A DNA stretch of 64,000 bases from the human T2T-CHM13v2.0 reference genome, Homo sapiens. The stretch is taken from the NCBI RefSeq assembly GCF_009914755.1, contig NC_060946.1; one strand, given 5' to 3'. How positions within the stretch are numbered: the first letter of the stretch is position 1; every line of letters begins with the position of its first letter. Position numbers and translations under genes: made by a program. Under the pieces are notes generated by a model, which was not told the origin of the DNA, did not search any database, and saw only the letters and a program-made list of their open reading frames with translations. Below, in pieces: positions 1 through 13,628 of this stretch.

Positions 1-88
1 CTGTGGTGGGACACGAGAGGCATCGGGGATTTGACTTGTGTCCCTCCCACTCCAGTACATTAATGACTGGCTGGATGACCCTTAGTAA

Positions 89-384
89 TTTTTTTTTTTT
101 TTGAGGTGGAGTCTCGCTTTATTGTCCAGCTGGAGCACAGTGGTGCAGTCTCGGCTCGCTGCAACCTCCACCTCCTGGGTTCAAGCGATTCTCCTGCCTC
201 AGCCTCCCTAGTAGCTGGGATTACAGGTGCGAATCACCACGCCCAGCTAATTTTTTGTATATTCAGTAGAGACGGGGTTTCACCATGTTGGCCAGGCTGG
301 TCTTGCACTCCTGACCTCAAGCGATCCGCCCGCCTTGGCCTCCCAAAGTGCTGGGATTACAGGCGTGAGGCACCGCACTCAGCC
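89..384 (-). mobile_element. Full-length Alu (AluS-type)
   Basis: poly-T 89-102, then gaggtggagtctcgc...ctcccaaagtgctgggattacaggcgtga...cagcc. Confidence 0.95.
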
Positions 385-1094
385 TATTTTTGATAGCTTT
401 GAAAACACAGCTAGCGGCAGACCGCGAAATACAGCCTCTCTGCTCCCTTCCTTCACCTGCTCCCCTTTCGCTGAGATGCTGTCCTGCGTTGCCTTTCGTA
501 CACCCAGATTATTCATTTTGTTATTTATTAGAACTCACTTATTCAGCATTCGTTACCTGCGGCATGTCAGCCCGGATGGGGCAGCAGACACAGCCACCCC
601 TGGAAATCTCCTTCCTTCTAAACTCGGAACTTGATCTTTGGGATCTGTGGCGGGAGCTATGCCTGGCGAGGGCTTTTGGGGGCTCGGCCATGTGGATTCT
701 GTGGCCAGGGCTCGTGAGAGTCTGTGTTTACCCTCCGTGTCCTGCCACTTTGTGTCCCCTGAGACCTTCAGAGATGTCGCCCCTTTGGTGTTCTGATTGT
801 GTCCACGTGGGCTGGCCTTTCTTGCCTCTCCTGGTAGAACTTTCTGGAAACCACCTACCCACCCCTCTTCCTTCCACCTCCTTCCTCCTCCCACCTTTTT
901 CTGACTCACTCTTCAGTAAAGCATGTGCAACACCTCCCTTCCCTGGGCAGAAGCTGTTCCAGGCCTCCGGATGGGCAGAGGCAGTGCCTGGGGTGTGAGC
1001 CTTAACTCCAGATGTGCGGCCCTGAGGGCTGCTGAGAGTCAGGAGGGAGGGGCCCACCTCTGGCTGCCAGGGGGCTGGGTGTTGGCAGCTCTGC

Positions 1095-1170
1095 TGGAAT
1101 CCTGGGTCCCTGTTTACTGCTGTATGCCTCTCTGAGCCTCAGTTTCCTCACCTGTAATATAATGAAAGGT
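1095..1170 (+). mobile_element. MIR fragment
   Basis: MIR core ctctctgagcctcagtttcctcacctgtaa. Confidence 0.6.
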
Positions 1171-1741
1171 TGCCTCTGCACAGGGTGGGTCTCAGATCCA
1201 GGGCAAGGCTGGAAGCAGCACAGGGCGCTGTGCCTGTGGTCAGGGCCAGAATTCCAGGGTGCGTCTATGCAGGTGCAGGAGCCCTGTGCTTCCCACGGAC
1301 GGGGCTTCCTCCCCTGGGTGGCTCATCCCCTGGCCGCCCACTGGGCCTCATGCTTTTCCATTTGTAATCCTTATAGAAACAAAGTCCTTGGCCGCCAGCG
1401 TGGGTGACTCCAGTGCACACCCCCGCAGCACAGGGCGGCTCACTTGCATGTTCAAGTGTAATCAAGGCGAGCCTGTGAGATCACGGCAGGCCACGCGTGT
1501 CTCACAGCCTGTGCGCGTCTTGGGAGACTGCAAAGGGGTTAAATGGCCCGTGTACCTCCCTGCAACACTGACATTTTGAGCGTGTGTCAAGGTGTCCCTA
1601 TAGCACGCCCACCTGTTGCCTTCCCTGGGGCCCTGTCCCTGGGCACAGGTGGCCTCGTCTCTCCTGGACCCTCCAGCCCTCCCATCCAGTGGGCTCTTCC
1701 GACCCCCAGCAGCCCTCGCCTAATGGGAGGTGCCCCCGCCC

Positions 1742-1838
1742 CACCTGTCTGCTGTTCCCCACGTGTCTCCTGTTCCCCGCGTGTCTCCCTTTCCCGGAGT
1801 GTCTCCCTTTCCCCGAGTGTCTGCCCTCCCACGAGTGC
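1742..1838. repeat. Degenerate 18-bp tandem repeat (~5 copies)
   Basis: Recurring gtgtctcc(c/t)(t/g)ttcccc(g/a). Confidence 0.75.
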
Positions 1839-4800
1839 CTTTCTCTGAGCTCCTCCTCTGCTTCCATCCCTGTCTCTGAGAAACCCTCCTGGGCAACCCT
1901 GCCACCTTCCCATGGGGGTCTCTCCTGATGTGCCCAGGGCCCGCTGATGTGTCTCCATGTGTCCCTCTTCTGTGCACAGCAGGGTCCCTTGAGAGGGGGT
2001 TTCTGACAGGAGAGCCACGGCCGACTGGTCATCGTGGGGAGCAGTGGGTGGTGCAGGAGGTCACAGTGAGCCGGTGGCCTGGTCACCCTCCAGCCTGGCT
2101 TGTCTGAGTTTTGAATGTGAGCATGACACAGACCCAGGAGGTGGGGCTCCTCCGCTGGCATCCCTGGCAGGGCGTTTGCTGCCTTTTCCTCACTGGCACT
2201 CAGGGACCAGCCACTCTTGGCTCTGTGGTGCAGCCCGGCCATTTCCAGACGGTTCCTGTGCTCGGGAATATGCTAACATCAATGCTGGAAGATTCTCCTG
2301 ATGCCTTCACTGAGCTCTAGGGAGCACTCACGGCTGTTCTGAGTCACGCCGTATTCCTCCTTCCTCCCTGGAGTCCTCTCTTCAACACAGGTCCTTTCAC
2401 TGATGATCTGAGGACCTGAGTCTGGTCCCTTACGTCTCTCCTGAGCCGTCCCTAGCACAGGCCCCTGGACACTGTTTCACCTCCTTGAGCTGATGTCCGT
2501 CTCTGTTAATGTGTGCAGAGCCTGCACTGAGCCTCTGTCATCCAGCCCACTGTGGATGCCCCTGCGGGCCCTGCCGTCTCTGCCTCCCAGCCTCTCTGGG
2601 GTCCATCTCCCCCACTCTGTTTGTCCTTCTGACATTCTTCTTTCCTCTCTGTCTCATCTCCTGAGCTTGGGGTTGTCTGGACTTGAGACGGACTCCTGGC
2701 CCTGTGGTTCGGCCAGGCGCTCATCTCGCCTTCCCAGCCTCCTCCGTGAATTAGAAAACACGGATTTCCATCTCCATTGAGTGTTTGGTTCTGGGGCAGG
2801 GTTGAGGCTCCAGTCCGCAGTGTGATCTTGGCTCCACCTGCTCTGGCCTTTCCCCGGCTGCCCTTGTGGCTGCGCCCCAGCCCGGGGCTCCCAGCCTGAA
2901 CCTGATGCAAGGCCATGCTGACGTCCTTCCGGCCCTTCGTGACTCTGTCGCCATAGAATGTGGCCCCCTCGAGCTCCTGGTGGGTCCTGAACAAAAAGAG
3001 GATGTATCACAGCTGCACAGAGTCTCCAGGCCCCCATGGCTGAAGAGGCTCCTGGGTGCAGTCTGGAGATTGGCCGGTGGCCCTCGGCCCGCTTCCCACC
3101 ACCCCCGGCTCGCGGCCCCTGCGAGATGGGATTCTGTGGAAGGACAAAGCCGCTCGCGAGCATGTGGGAGCCGTCAGACGCCCTGGTTTATTTCCACCCT
3201 GCACTTGCGAAGCGGTCCTGACCTCCCGGCCGACGGGTGTTATCTCAGGACAGCCGGTGTGCTTGGCTACATCACCCCTGTCTGCTGGTGGGCCCCTGTC
3301 TGGGGCCCCCAGGCGCCCTCTCCTGAAGGGCCTGCGCAGAGCTGGGGGCCCGAACCATTCCTCACCCCAACTCTTCATTGTGAAAATTGTCATAGATACA
3401 AAACCGTGAAGAGAATCACACTGCAGACACCCATCTGCCCCCCACAACTGTTTATGCCGTGTGTGGGTTCCACAGCTGCTTAAAAAATTGCTAAATGTTC
3501 TTCATTCCTGGATATGTTGATACACAGACGTTTACCCATTCACAGATGCACTGATGCATTCTTAGACACCCTTATACTTGGGAGACCCACATGTCCTGGT
3601 TTGCACGACACTTGCTGGTTTCAAAGCTGAAAATCCCGCCTTGTACCAACCCCTAAGTCCCGGGCAAGGCAGGAGGACCCCGGGCAGGAGACAAGTGCCC
3701 TCCCCCAGGGCTCCTTGCCTCGTGGTTAAAGGGATGCAGAGGCCAGACTCACACTGTGCCTGGTGTGTCCACAGAGTCATGGCTGGGAAACATGCTGTAG
3801 GTGACCTTTGTAAAAGCTCCTCTGAGATTCCATGCGTCCTGGGGCATCTGTGGAAACCCTGCTCCTGTCGCAAGCAAGTACTGCCAGGGTGCTGCGCGTC
3901 CTGTTGACCGAGAGCTTCGTTCACACCTTCTGTGCCGCACACGTCCAGCACTTGTAGTGTGTGAGACAGATGTGGGGGCCGGGGTAGGCACTGGGGGTGG
4001 CACTGGGGCTGGCCAGCTGGAGCCGGCCCTGGAGAGAAGGCCGGGCATGGGGTCAGCAGAGCGGGCCTGGCCTCCCAGTCACCGGGGCCAGAAGCCACTG
4101 GCTGCTTGGGGAGAAGCCACGCACTGTAAGAACTCAGCGCTACCTGGGGGATTCATCCTTTTTCTTTACAATTTCAACCTTCTAGTTTATTCAAACAACC
4201 ACAACCAGATTCTAGGAAGTACTCGCTTACAAAGCCTCCGTGTTTCCCAGGACGCCCCTTCAGGAGCCACCATCCCCGTCCCTCCTGAACCCAGGCTGCC
4301 TGGAGGAGGGTGGACAGGTATGTGTCTCTCCAGGTGAGAGAGCTGCGTTGGGGAAGACGGGAACAGTGATAAGAGTTCTTAATTAGCACGAATCTGCAGC
4401 CCCTGCCTTTGTGCCAGCAGAACTGATGAAAAGCACTCGTATCTGCCCATGGTGGCAGCCGGCGGCTCGGTCCGACGAGCTTGTCCCCAAGCAAAGGGAA
4501 GCGGATGGCTTGAGGCTACAGCCAGTCTTTCTTCAAGTCCTGGGCAGTGGGGAGGTTGTGGCAGCAGGCGTGGCCGAGGACGCTCTGTCCGTGTTCCTCT
4601 CGGATGGGCTTCGCCTAGCTGTGGGGGCCATGCTCGCCTTCCTGGGGGGCTCCCTGTGCCTGACTTTCAAGGCAGTCATTTCCCTTTATGGTTTTCACCC
4701 TCTGTGGTCATAAATAAATCCCTTTCTATTTACAAGGTGATTCTCCTGCGGTTTATGAGGACATCCCCCACGGGTCCTTCTGGCCTCTGTTCCACATGAA

Positions 4801-6205
4801 GGGCACTCTCTAGACTGTTCCTGGGGTTCACAGTCCTGGCCCCCGCCCCTATCCCCCCCTCTCCAGGAGGGGCCCTGTGACAAGAAAGGCAATGCCTCTT
4901 CCACTGGGGCTTCAGGGGAGGGCCAGGTCATTGCGGGGGACCATGGAGGTACAGCTCCTGTCTGCAGAGAACCCCCTCCCAGCCAGCCCTCTCTGCATTG
5001 CACATCCCTCCTGGGGCTGTCAGCAGGCCTTGCCCCTCTAGTGGCCTAATGGTTTCCAATCCTCACCCTGGCTTTGCCCTAGTTTGTGCAGGGATGGTCA
5101 GGTCTGTTTCTACACTGGTGGAGGCTGTGAAGAGCTGAACTGGGGCTTCTAGAATACAGCCAGGCACGTCCCTACCGGTTCTGTGGGGTGCAGGGGTCAT
5201 CCTTTCCTTTGAGAAACACCGGCCTGGTATGCTGATTCTCTGGGACCCTGGAGCTGGGCCTGGGGCTGGGGATCACTCCAACAGAGCTCACCAGCCCCGG
5301 GGCTGCTCAGGAGTGGGGTGGGCTCTCAGCAGGGAGTGAGGGTCCCATCAGCAGTCAGGCAGAGCTGGGGACAGCGCTGCAGGCTTTGAATGGGAAGGTG
5401 GAATACATTCATACAGTGTGGCCAATACCGCTGTAACCCCGCCGTGCTCATTTTCTAAAATTCGAGCATTTTCTGGTCGAGGCCTGATGAGCCTGAAGGC
5501 CCAAGTGATCGTGTCTTCTGCAGTGGCCCCGAGGGTGCTGCTGGATGAAGTGCACATCGTGAGGCCTGGGAGCATCCCTAATGCATCACCTAATGCATGG
5601 GATCAGGTGCAGTCACCTGGGAGCATCTCTAATGCGTCACCTGCCCATGCACTTGGGATGCTCCTGGAGCCTGGCCGCTTGGGACAGGGTCCCAGAGGTC
5701 TTCCTCCTGCCTGCAAGTCACAGCACGAGGCAGGAAGGTGGCATTTTGCCGCGCATGGAAACCAGGGAGTGGCCTCGCTGAGGCCGGATGGGCTGCACTT
5801 TGTCCCACCAGATGGGCCACTGAAGCCCAAAACTTCTTCCTGCCTATCCCACCCTCCGTCTAGGGCTGCAGAAAGCCCAGCGAGGTGGGTCAGCAGCGAG
5901 ATGGTGGGAATAGGGAACAGGGAGTTGCCCAGCTCCGAAGGCTGCGTGGCTCTGGGCTCGGCAGACACCCAGCTGCTTGCAGGTCCGTGGGGACCCCTGG
6001 GGGTTTGGTGGGCACGGCTGGGGTGGGAGCGTCTTGTCCGAGAGAGGCCTTCTATGGGTGTCCAGTCTCCTTGGTGGGCCGGTGGACATCTGGATCTGGG
6101 CTTCATCCATGGTGAGTTCATTGTTGGGCGAGAAACAAAACCAGGGCTGGGCTGGGAGCGTGGATACCTGTGGTCACTCGGGGGATGCCCTGTGCAGACC
6201 CAGCA

Positions 6206-6650
6206 TGTGGTTGGCTGAACAATGCACTCCCCAAAAGATGTCCGGGTTCTAATCCCTGGAACCTGCGGATGTGTCATTTCGCCAGGCAAGAGGGTCTTGC
6301 AGATGTGATTAAGGATCTTGAGATGGGGGCGTGACTGCGGCTTATCCAGGTGGGTCTCACAGGCAGTCACAGGCGTCCTGGGAAGAGGAGGCAAAAGGGG
6401 CATGAGGACAAAGCAGAGAGGGGGTGATGTGAGGCAGGGAGCCCAGGGGTGTGGCGGCCTCTGGAATCTGGAAAAGCAAAGGGAACAGATTCTCCCCAGA
6501 GACCTTAGAAGAAATCAGTGACACCTTGACTTTAGCCAGTGAAGCTGGGCTCAGACTTCTGGCCCTCAGAGCAGCAAGAGGATAAATGGGTGCTGTTTCG
6601 GGGCCTGGTTTGAGGCCATTCGTTACTGCAGCCGTGTGGAGCTCCTGGAA
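6206..6650 (+). mobile_element. MaLR solo LTR, MLT1D-like
   Basis: tgtggttggctgaacaatgc..ccccaaaagatgtcc..ctaatccctggaacctg..gcagatgtgattaaggatcttgagatgg..gacaccttgactttagcc..agacttctggcc. Confidence 0.85.
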
Positions 6651-7034
6651 GCATGCAGGCACTCCCGTCCCTGCCTCAGTGGCCCCGGAAGCGCCTCTCG
6701 CAGAACCTCGGCACTCACTGTCCTCACTGTCGTCATCTCTCAGGCTGAGTGGCCCATGAAAGAAACTGGGGATGCAGCAGGAGAGAGAATGGCAGAGTCT
6801 GTCTCCGCGTCTATCTCCTGGGAACATAAAGCTGCCCCATGCCTGAGGCGGGGGCTGGATGTTCTGGAGCCTGGCTTGGTGCATCCCTGGTGAGATGTCT
6901 GCGGTGACACGACCACATGCCTGCTGGGCTGTGTGTTCTGAGAAGACGGAGCAGGGCCCTGGGGTTGAGTCCCCTCTGTACCACCCCCTGCCTGGAGGTG
7001 CACAGCACATATGGGTCCAGCCTGTCCTTACGTG

Positions 7035-7210
7035 GTGTGCCAGGGTGGGGTCCTGTTCTGAGCACTCTGTTCATGGTAACCTCAGTTGTTACTCTTAAGA
7101 GCCCTGCCACATGGGCGCGGTTTTTATGGCCATTTTTTACAAAGGGAAATTCAGGCCACTGGTAAGTGGCACACCGGGATTTGAACCCAGTAAGTGTGGC
7201 GCCAGGCTCT
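7035..7210 (-). mobile_element. MIR fragment
   Basis: ccattttttacaaagggaaattcaggc...gggatttgaacccag, reverse of the MIR core and tRNA-derived head. Confidence 0.6.
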
Positions 7211-7674
7211 GTGTGGACACGGAGGTTAACAGCAGGAAGCACTGGGGTTTCTGATTTTAGAGAGGTTGTTTCTGCACTCTTTCAGGATTGTGGGTGCAGT
7301 CGAGCCTGGCCAAGCCGTGGATACCTGGATACTGGAGGGTGGGAGTTGGGGCTCTGGAAGTCTCTACACCTGCCCCAGTCCCCCACAGGCTTAGCAGCGG
7401 CACAGAGCCACTGTCCCAGGCTCTCCTGCCTCCCCAGGACCGAACTGCACCGTGGCAGGCCAGGAGCCTGTGCACTGACGCTCGCCTCTGCCAAGCCTTC
7501 ATATTTACCTTTGTGGGATAGATTGAATTAGAAAAAGGCCATGCGTGCAGTTTTGGAACAAGAGACCTCGTAAATACTTTATTGGAGCAAGCTCAGGATT
7601 TACTTGCTCATAAAGTTGCCGGGGATGGCTTTGCCTGGTGTTGGGTAACGGATTGGCGTTGTTTCATATTCATC

Positions 7675-7836
7675 ATCTGTAATCAGGTGGCCTCGTCCGC
7701 ACCCGCAGCTCCGTCTGGGAAGTCCTGGAGGCAGCGTGCACAGTGGGCCCTTGCTATCTGTAATCGGGTGGCCTTGTCCACGCCCGCAGCTCCGTCTGGG
7801 AGGTCCCGGAGGCAGTGTGCACAGCGGGCCCTTGCT
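7675..7836. repeat. Tandem duplication, 2 x 81 bp
   Basis: atctgtaatc(a/g)ggtggcct...gggcccttgct at 7675 and 7756. Confidence 0.9.
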
Positions 7837-8490
7837 GCTCTGCTGGGCAGTATAGCCTCTCCTGGGCCCTGTGGCCACTGGGAGCAGGCAGGTGGCTTTC
7901 ATGGCCCATCTGGGATTGAGGATGGCTGTGCTGGGGGTTGCCTCTGAGGCTCTCCTTTCTTCATGAGGCTGCTTCACACCCATTCTTGTCTCCCCTTGCC
8001 TCCTGACACCCTGGGTTCCCCATAGGCCCCCCTCCCCTGCACAGATTTTCACCTAGGCCCTGGGAGGCTGGTGGAGTCCTGGGTTCTAGAAGACCTCAGA
8101 GACCCAGGGCAGAGTGAATGTCAGGGGTTGTTAGAAGCAAGGACTGCCCAAGACCCATTGCTGAGGGAAGAAGGAGTGATGAATGAGATGGATAAACACG
8201 TCAGCTGTTCGGCTTTCCACATTCATGATCTATTTTCAACCTCCGTGTCCTGATGTTTAAAATACAGCAGCTAAAATATCTAGTGGTCTTTTCTTCCTCT
8301 TCTGAGTGCAGCCACGACATGCCACATCTCTGCCCATGGTCAGTGGCCGGGCTGTACAGAGCCTGGCCTTCTTGCCTTTGTCTCTAGAGGGTGCCGTCAG
8401 GGTTGGATCTGTCCATGCGGGAAGGAGCCTGAACCCCAGACTCTTGGACCTCAGACTGGGAGAGGGTGTGGGTGAAGGCACATGGACCAG

Positions 8491-8786
<296 letters not shown>

Positions 8787-9714
8787 AGTGCAGGGCCAGA
8801 GGATGGCAAAGACGGGCTGGCCCCAGGATCCTCAACTGTTGGCGTCAGGACCGGACTCAGGGCCTCAGTCTGGCAGCATGGGCGTCACGCTGCCTGCCGG
8901 GCAGAGCCCTTTGCCCCACCTGAAAGCCCTGTGGTCACAGCGTAGAGTCTGGAGCGGCATGCTGGAGTGGGAAGCGCTGTCCTCGTTGCTCTGGGCCCTG
9001 GCTCAGGAGCCCCTGAGAGCGGCTTCTGCTCCCCGAGCTTCCTGCGCTCCCTGAAAGTTGTGCATCCAGTGCTGAGTCCCGCAGGCCTGGGGGCGTCAGC
9101 CCTCCTCCCTGGCTGTGACATGTGGGTTGGAGATTTGCCTGTGTCTTAGTGAAATGCCAGTGGTCAAATTCAACGGGAAAGAGGAAAAGAAAGCATGAGC
9201 CTGAGTCCAGGGTGGAGGATGGCGGCGTCGAGGAAGGACCCGGGGCCCTGCTTCTCCCACCGTCCCCAGTCCACACCCTTCTGGGATGGGGGCAGGGTGG
9301 GGGAACTCTTGCCTCACCTCCTTTTCCTGTCCTCGTGCCCACTGCCCCCTTGGTGTCCTCTCTGGTGAACTCCAGCCACCTCTCCCTCCACAGGGCCTGC
9401 AGCGTCTCCAGGTCCCTGACCCTTGGGTGGCATCTCCCGCCTCTTCCTCAGGGCCCTGCAAACCTCTCCTCTTATTTCACCAGGAGCTCCTTTCCTTCCC
9501 ATATTTGTGTAAATGAATTCACATATTTTGACTTAATTGTCTCAGAATGGCCCAGTTTGGAGTTGGACTTTTCTGATGCTCATAAAATTCAGGAGGCGGT
9601 TTTTAATCAGTTAGTTCTGCTACGGCTGCCTCCTCAGAGAAGGGAACAGTTTCTTGTTCTTCTATTTTTGTTTTTTGATGTTGTTGCTGAGGACAATTTA
9701 ATTTGATCTCTGAA

Positions 9715-11500
9715 TCATCCATGTATCCATCCGTCCACCCACCCCTCTACCCATCCTATCCACCCACCCACCATCCCCCATCCTATCCACCCACCCACCA
9801 TCCACCATCCTATCCACCCACCCACCATCCACCATCCATCCACCACCCCCACATCCATCCTATCTACTCACCCCCATACCCATCCTATCCACCCACCCAC
9901 CATCCCCCATCGTATCCACCCACCCACCATCCCCCATCCTATCTACCCCCCCACCATCTCCCATCCTATCCACCCCCCCCACCCACCATCCCCCATCCTA
10001 TCCACCCACCCACCATCCCCCATCCTATCCACCCCCCCACCATCTCCCATCCTATCCACCCCCCCCACATCCATCCTATCCACCCACCCACCCACCATCC
10101 ACCATCCTATCCACCCACCCATCATCCACTATCCATCCACCACCCCCACACCCATCCTATCCACCCACCCATCATCCACCATCCACTCACCCTCCATCCA
10201 CTATCCATCCACCCACCCGCCATCCACCCACCATCCCCCATCCACCTACTCACCCACCCGTTCTATACATCTACCTACCCATTCTGTCTGTCCACCCACC
10301 CATCATATCCATCCACCCACCTACCCATCCATCCTATCCATCCACCCATCCACCCACCGTATCTATCCACCCACCCACACTGTCCATCCACCCACCCACC
10401 CATCCACCCACCCACCTATCCTATTCATCCATCCACCCACCCACCCTATCTATCCACCCACCCACCCACACTATCCATCCACCCACCCAACCACCCATCC
10501 TATTCATCCATCCATCCACCCACCCAGTCTATCCACCCACCCACCTATCCTATTCATCCATCCCCCCACCCACCCTATCTATCCACCCACCCACACACCC
10601 ACACTATCCACCCACCCACACACCCTATCTACCCACCCAATATATCCACCCACCCACCTACACCATCCACCCACCCACCCTATCTATCCACCCACCCACA
10701 CTATCCATCCACCCACCTATCCTATTCATCCATCCATCCACCTACCCAGCCAATTTATCCACCCACCCACCTACCCTATCTATCCACCCATCCACCTATC
10801 CTATTCATCCATCCACCCACCCACCCACACTATCTATCCACCCATCCACCCACACTATCCATCCACCCACCCAACCACCCATCCTATTCATCCATCCATC
10901 CACCCACCCAGTCTATCCACCCACCCACCTATCCTATTCATCCATCCCCCCACCCACCCTATCTATCCACCCATCCACCTATCCTATTCATCCATCCCCC
11001 CACCCACCCTATCTATCCACCCACCCACCTATCCTATTCATCCATCCCCCCACCCACCCTATCTATCCACCCATCCACCTATCCTATTCATCCATCCATC
11101 CACCCACCCACACTATCTATCCACCCATCCACCCACACTATCCATCCACCCTCCCACCCATCCACCCACCAACCTATCCTATTCATCCATCCACCCACCC
11201 ACCCAATCTACTATCCACCCACTTGCCCACCCTATCTATCCACCCATCCACCCACCCACCCATCCTATTCACCCACCCCCCACCCACACTATCCACCCCC
11301 CCACCCACACTATCCACCCAGCCATCCACCCAATCCACCCACACACCAATTCTATCCATCTACCCATCCATTCTACCTATCCACCCACTCACCAGCCATC
11401 CATCCATTTATCCATCCTTCCATCCATGCACCCACCCATCCATCATCCATCCCTGCTTCCATCATTTCATCCACACACCCACCCATCCATTCATCCATTC
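9715..11500. repeat. ~1.8-kb (CCAT/CCAC/CTAT)n low-complexity tract
   Basis: Nearly G-free + strand built from ccacccaccc and catccatcc units; explains the 638-aa His/Pro ORF. Confidence 0.95.
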
Positions 11501-12467
11501 TTGTGTTGGGTGCTCCATCCATGGCATCAGCGGATATGCCCAGGGCAGCATGGCACAGGAACCCCCATGCCCATCATGTAGGTGCTCATGGGCACTTCTG
11601 CTCACTCTGGCCGGGGTAGGGGCTGTTGGGCCCATGCTTTGTGAGGTCTTCTCAGAGGGCATCGGCGGTTGTAGCAGGAGCGAGTAGAAGGGAGCCTGGT
11701 GTCCCAGGGTGAAAGCAGGGAAGAGCAGCTCCACTGAGTCCGGCTGTGGCCGCAGAGTGGCCCAGCCTGCGGCATCAGGAGAGCCCAGGCCCGTGGCCTC
11801 GGGGTCTTGCACTTTATGAAGGGAGCAAGGCAGGGTGTGACAGTAGCTTCGTCCTGAGACCTTGCAAACATACATGTGACTGGCCTCTCGAGGTGGGGAG
11901 TGGTGGCCGAGGCCCTGTGATGCTGAGAGCCCACGAGGTCTCAGTGTCGCTGGGGATGGGGAGAAGCCTCAGCCCGGAGCAGGGCTGCATCTGCAGGCCT
12001 CTGAGCCTGGCACGGTTTGTGCCTCTGGAGGTGGCTGGACCCCTGCCTGTGTTTCTGTTTTCCTAGATGAGGAGTTTGGGCTCTCGCTGGCTAGTGAGGC
12101 TGAGTAGTGATGGTGTCAGAAGCCAGGGCCCAGGTATTTCTTGAACCATCCATTCCAGAACAAGTTCTCACGGCAGCGCAACCCCTACAACACACCTTCC
12201 CTTCTCCTGCACCCTGAGTGGGAGACGCTGAAATCACCCTAGAGCACAGGAGTGCATGAGAACCCAGGGGTACCGGGGGCCCACCTTGACACCATGTGGT
12301 ATTCAGGGTCAGAAGCTCCCAAAGTTACCCTGATTGCTCTATCCCCAAAATATTTATGTAGCCACGTTTCAGTGACCCGGAGGAGAGGGATACCTAGGAC
12401 AGGGAGTGGCTGTTTCACATGGGGGGCAGGCCCTGGGCACCTCGGAGGGCCTGGCCGGGCACCTGCC

Positions 12468-12740
12468 TATGTTGCAGAAAAGCATCTGCCCCAGACGCTT
12501 GTTAGAAAACAGCAAGGCAGGCTCCATTCCAGACTCTTGCAGTGGGGAGAGATTGCACTCAGCTCCACTACAGCACGGGGCGCTGGGGATTTCTGGAGTG
12601 AAGGAGTGGACAGAAACTACTCAGGGGAGCTGGGCTTGGTGTCGGGAGGAGGAAGAGGGGCTGGAGCAGACATGGAGGGGATCTCAGCTGGCCGAGGTTG
12701 AGGCTCTGCCAAGAAGAGGGCTCGGAGGAGCCTGACCAAA
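12468..12740 (-). mobile_element. Degenerate ERV1-type LTR fragment (MER31/MER67-like)
   Basis: cagacgcttgttagaaaacagcaaggcaggctccattccagactcttgcagtggggagagattgcactcagctcc resembles the recalled reverse consensus. Confidence 0.45.
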
Positions 12741-13318
12741 GTTACACCATGGAGGGAGTCCTTGTCACCTGCCGTGGTACGACACTGTGGATATTTGGAG
12801 AATGGCGCAGCTGTAGGAGGATTCCCGGAGGAGGTGGTATCGATGCGGGACAGCCCACGCTGCAGGCTCAGCTTGTGTGGCCGCCTCTGCCAGCAGACAG
12901 GCCCCTCGCCCTGACTCAGTGTGTTGGCTGCCTCTTTGGAGTCCTGTTGACAGGTGTGAACAGGTCCCCTGGAGGTCTCGGCTGTGTGGACAGGGCCACC
13001 TTCCCACCTGGGACTGCCCGTGACAGCCAAGCACACTACTGGGCGGGCAGGGACCCAATGCTCGCTTCCTTGTTCTGTGGACACTTCGCTCCATTCACAG
13101 CGTGGTTTTCCTCCCCAGAAGCTCTTAACTCCAGACGGCCCTCTCCATCTCTCTGTAATTACCCAGAAGAGGGTGAGCTCGGCCCTGCAGCAATGTGTTC
13201 TGTGGGCTGCAGGGGGTGGCGGCGGTGAGCACAAACTCCAGCTGTCACCTTCGACCTTGCAGGATGCCCTGACGGCGGTGGGATGGATGAGCATGGTTTC
13301 GCCAGCAGCCGCAGCCTG

Positions 13319-13628
13319 TTGCGTGGCCCTGCGCGGTGACCTGTGGGACGGGACGTGCCGCGTGGCCCTGCGCGGTGACCTGTGGGACGGGACGTGTCGC
13401 GTGGCCCTGCGCGGTGACCTGTGGGACGGGACGTGTCGCGTGGCCCTGCGCGGTGACCTGTGGGACGGGACGTGTCGCGTGGCCCTGCGCGGTGACCTGT
13501 GGGACGGGACGTGTCGCGTGGCCCTGCGCGGTGACCTGTGGGACGGGATGTGTCGCGTGGCCCTGCGCGGTGACCTGTGGGACGGGATGTGCTGCGTGGC
13601 CCTGCGCGGTGACCTGTGGGACGGGACG
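13319..13628. repeat. CpG-rich minisatellite, 8 x 39 bp
   Basis: Unit gcgtggccctgcgcggtgacctgtgggacgggacgtgtc starting at 13321, 13360, ... 13594. Confidence 0.97.

Noticed and set aside
106-393. Alu-derived ORFs (also 8514, 14913, 38959, 46165, 46609, 46987)
   Set aside because: Typical translations of Alu sequence ([13 protein letters not shown]...)
7170-7195. tRNA T-loop/B-box-like gggatttgaacccag
   Set aside because: Part of a decayed MIR head; no cloverleaf
8973-8993. Possible REST/RE1 site (gcgctgtcctcgttgctc)
   Set aside because: Only one half-site matches; too many mismatches in the other
9703-11619. 638-aa His/Pro-rich ORF
   Set aside because: By-product of a nearly G-free CCAT/CCAC tract that seldom forms stop codons; non-ATG start and no domain
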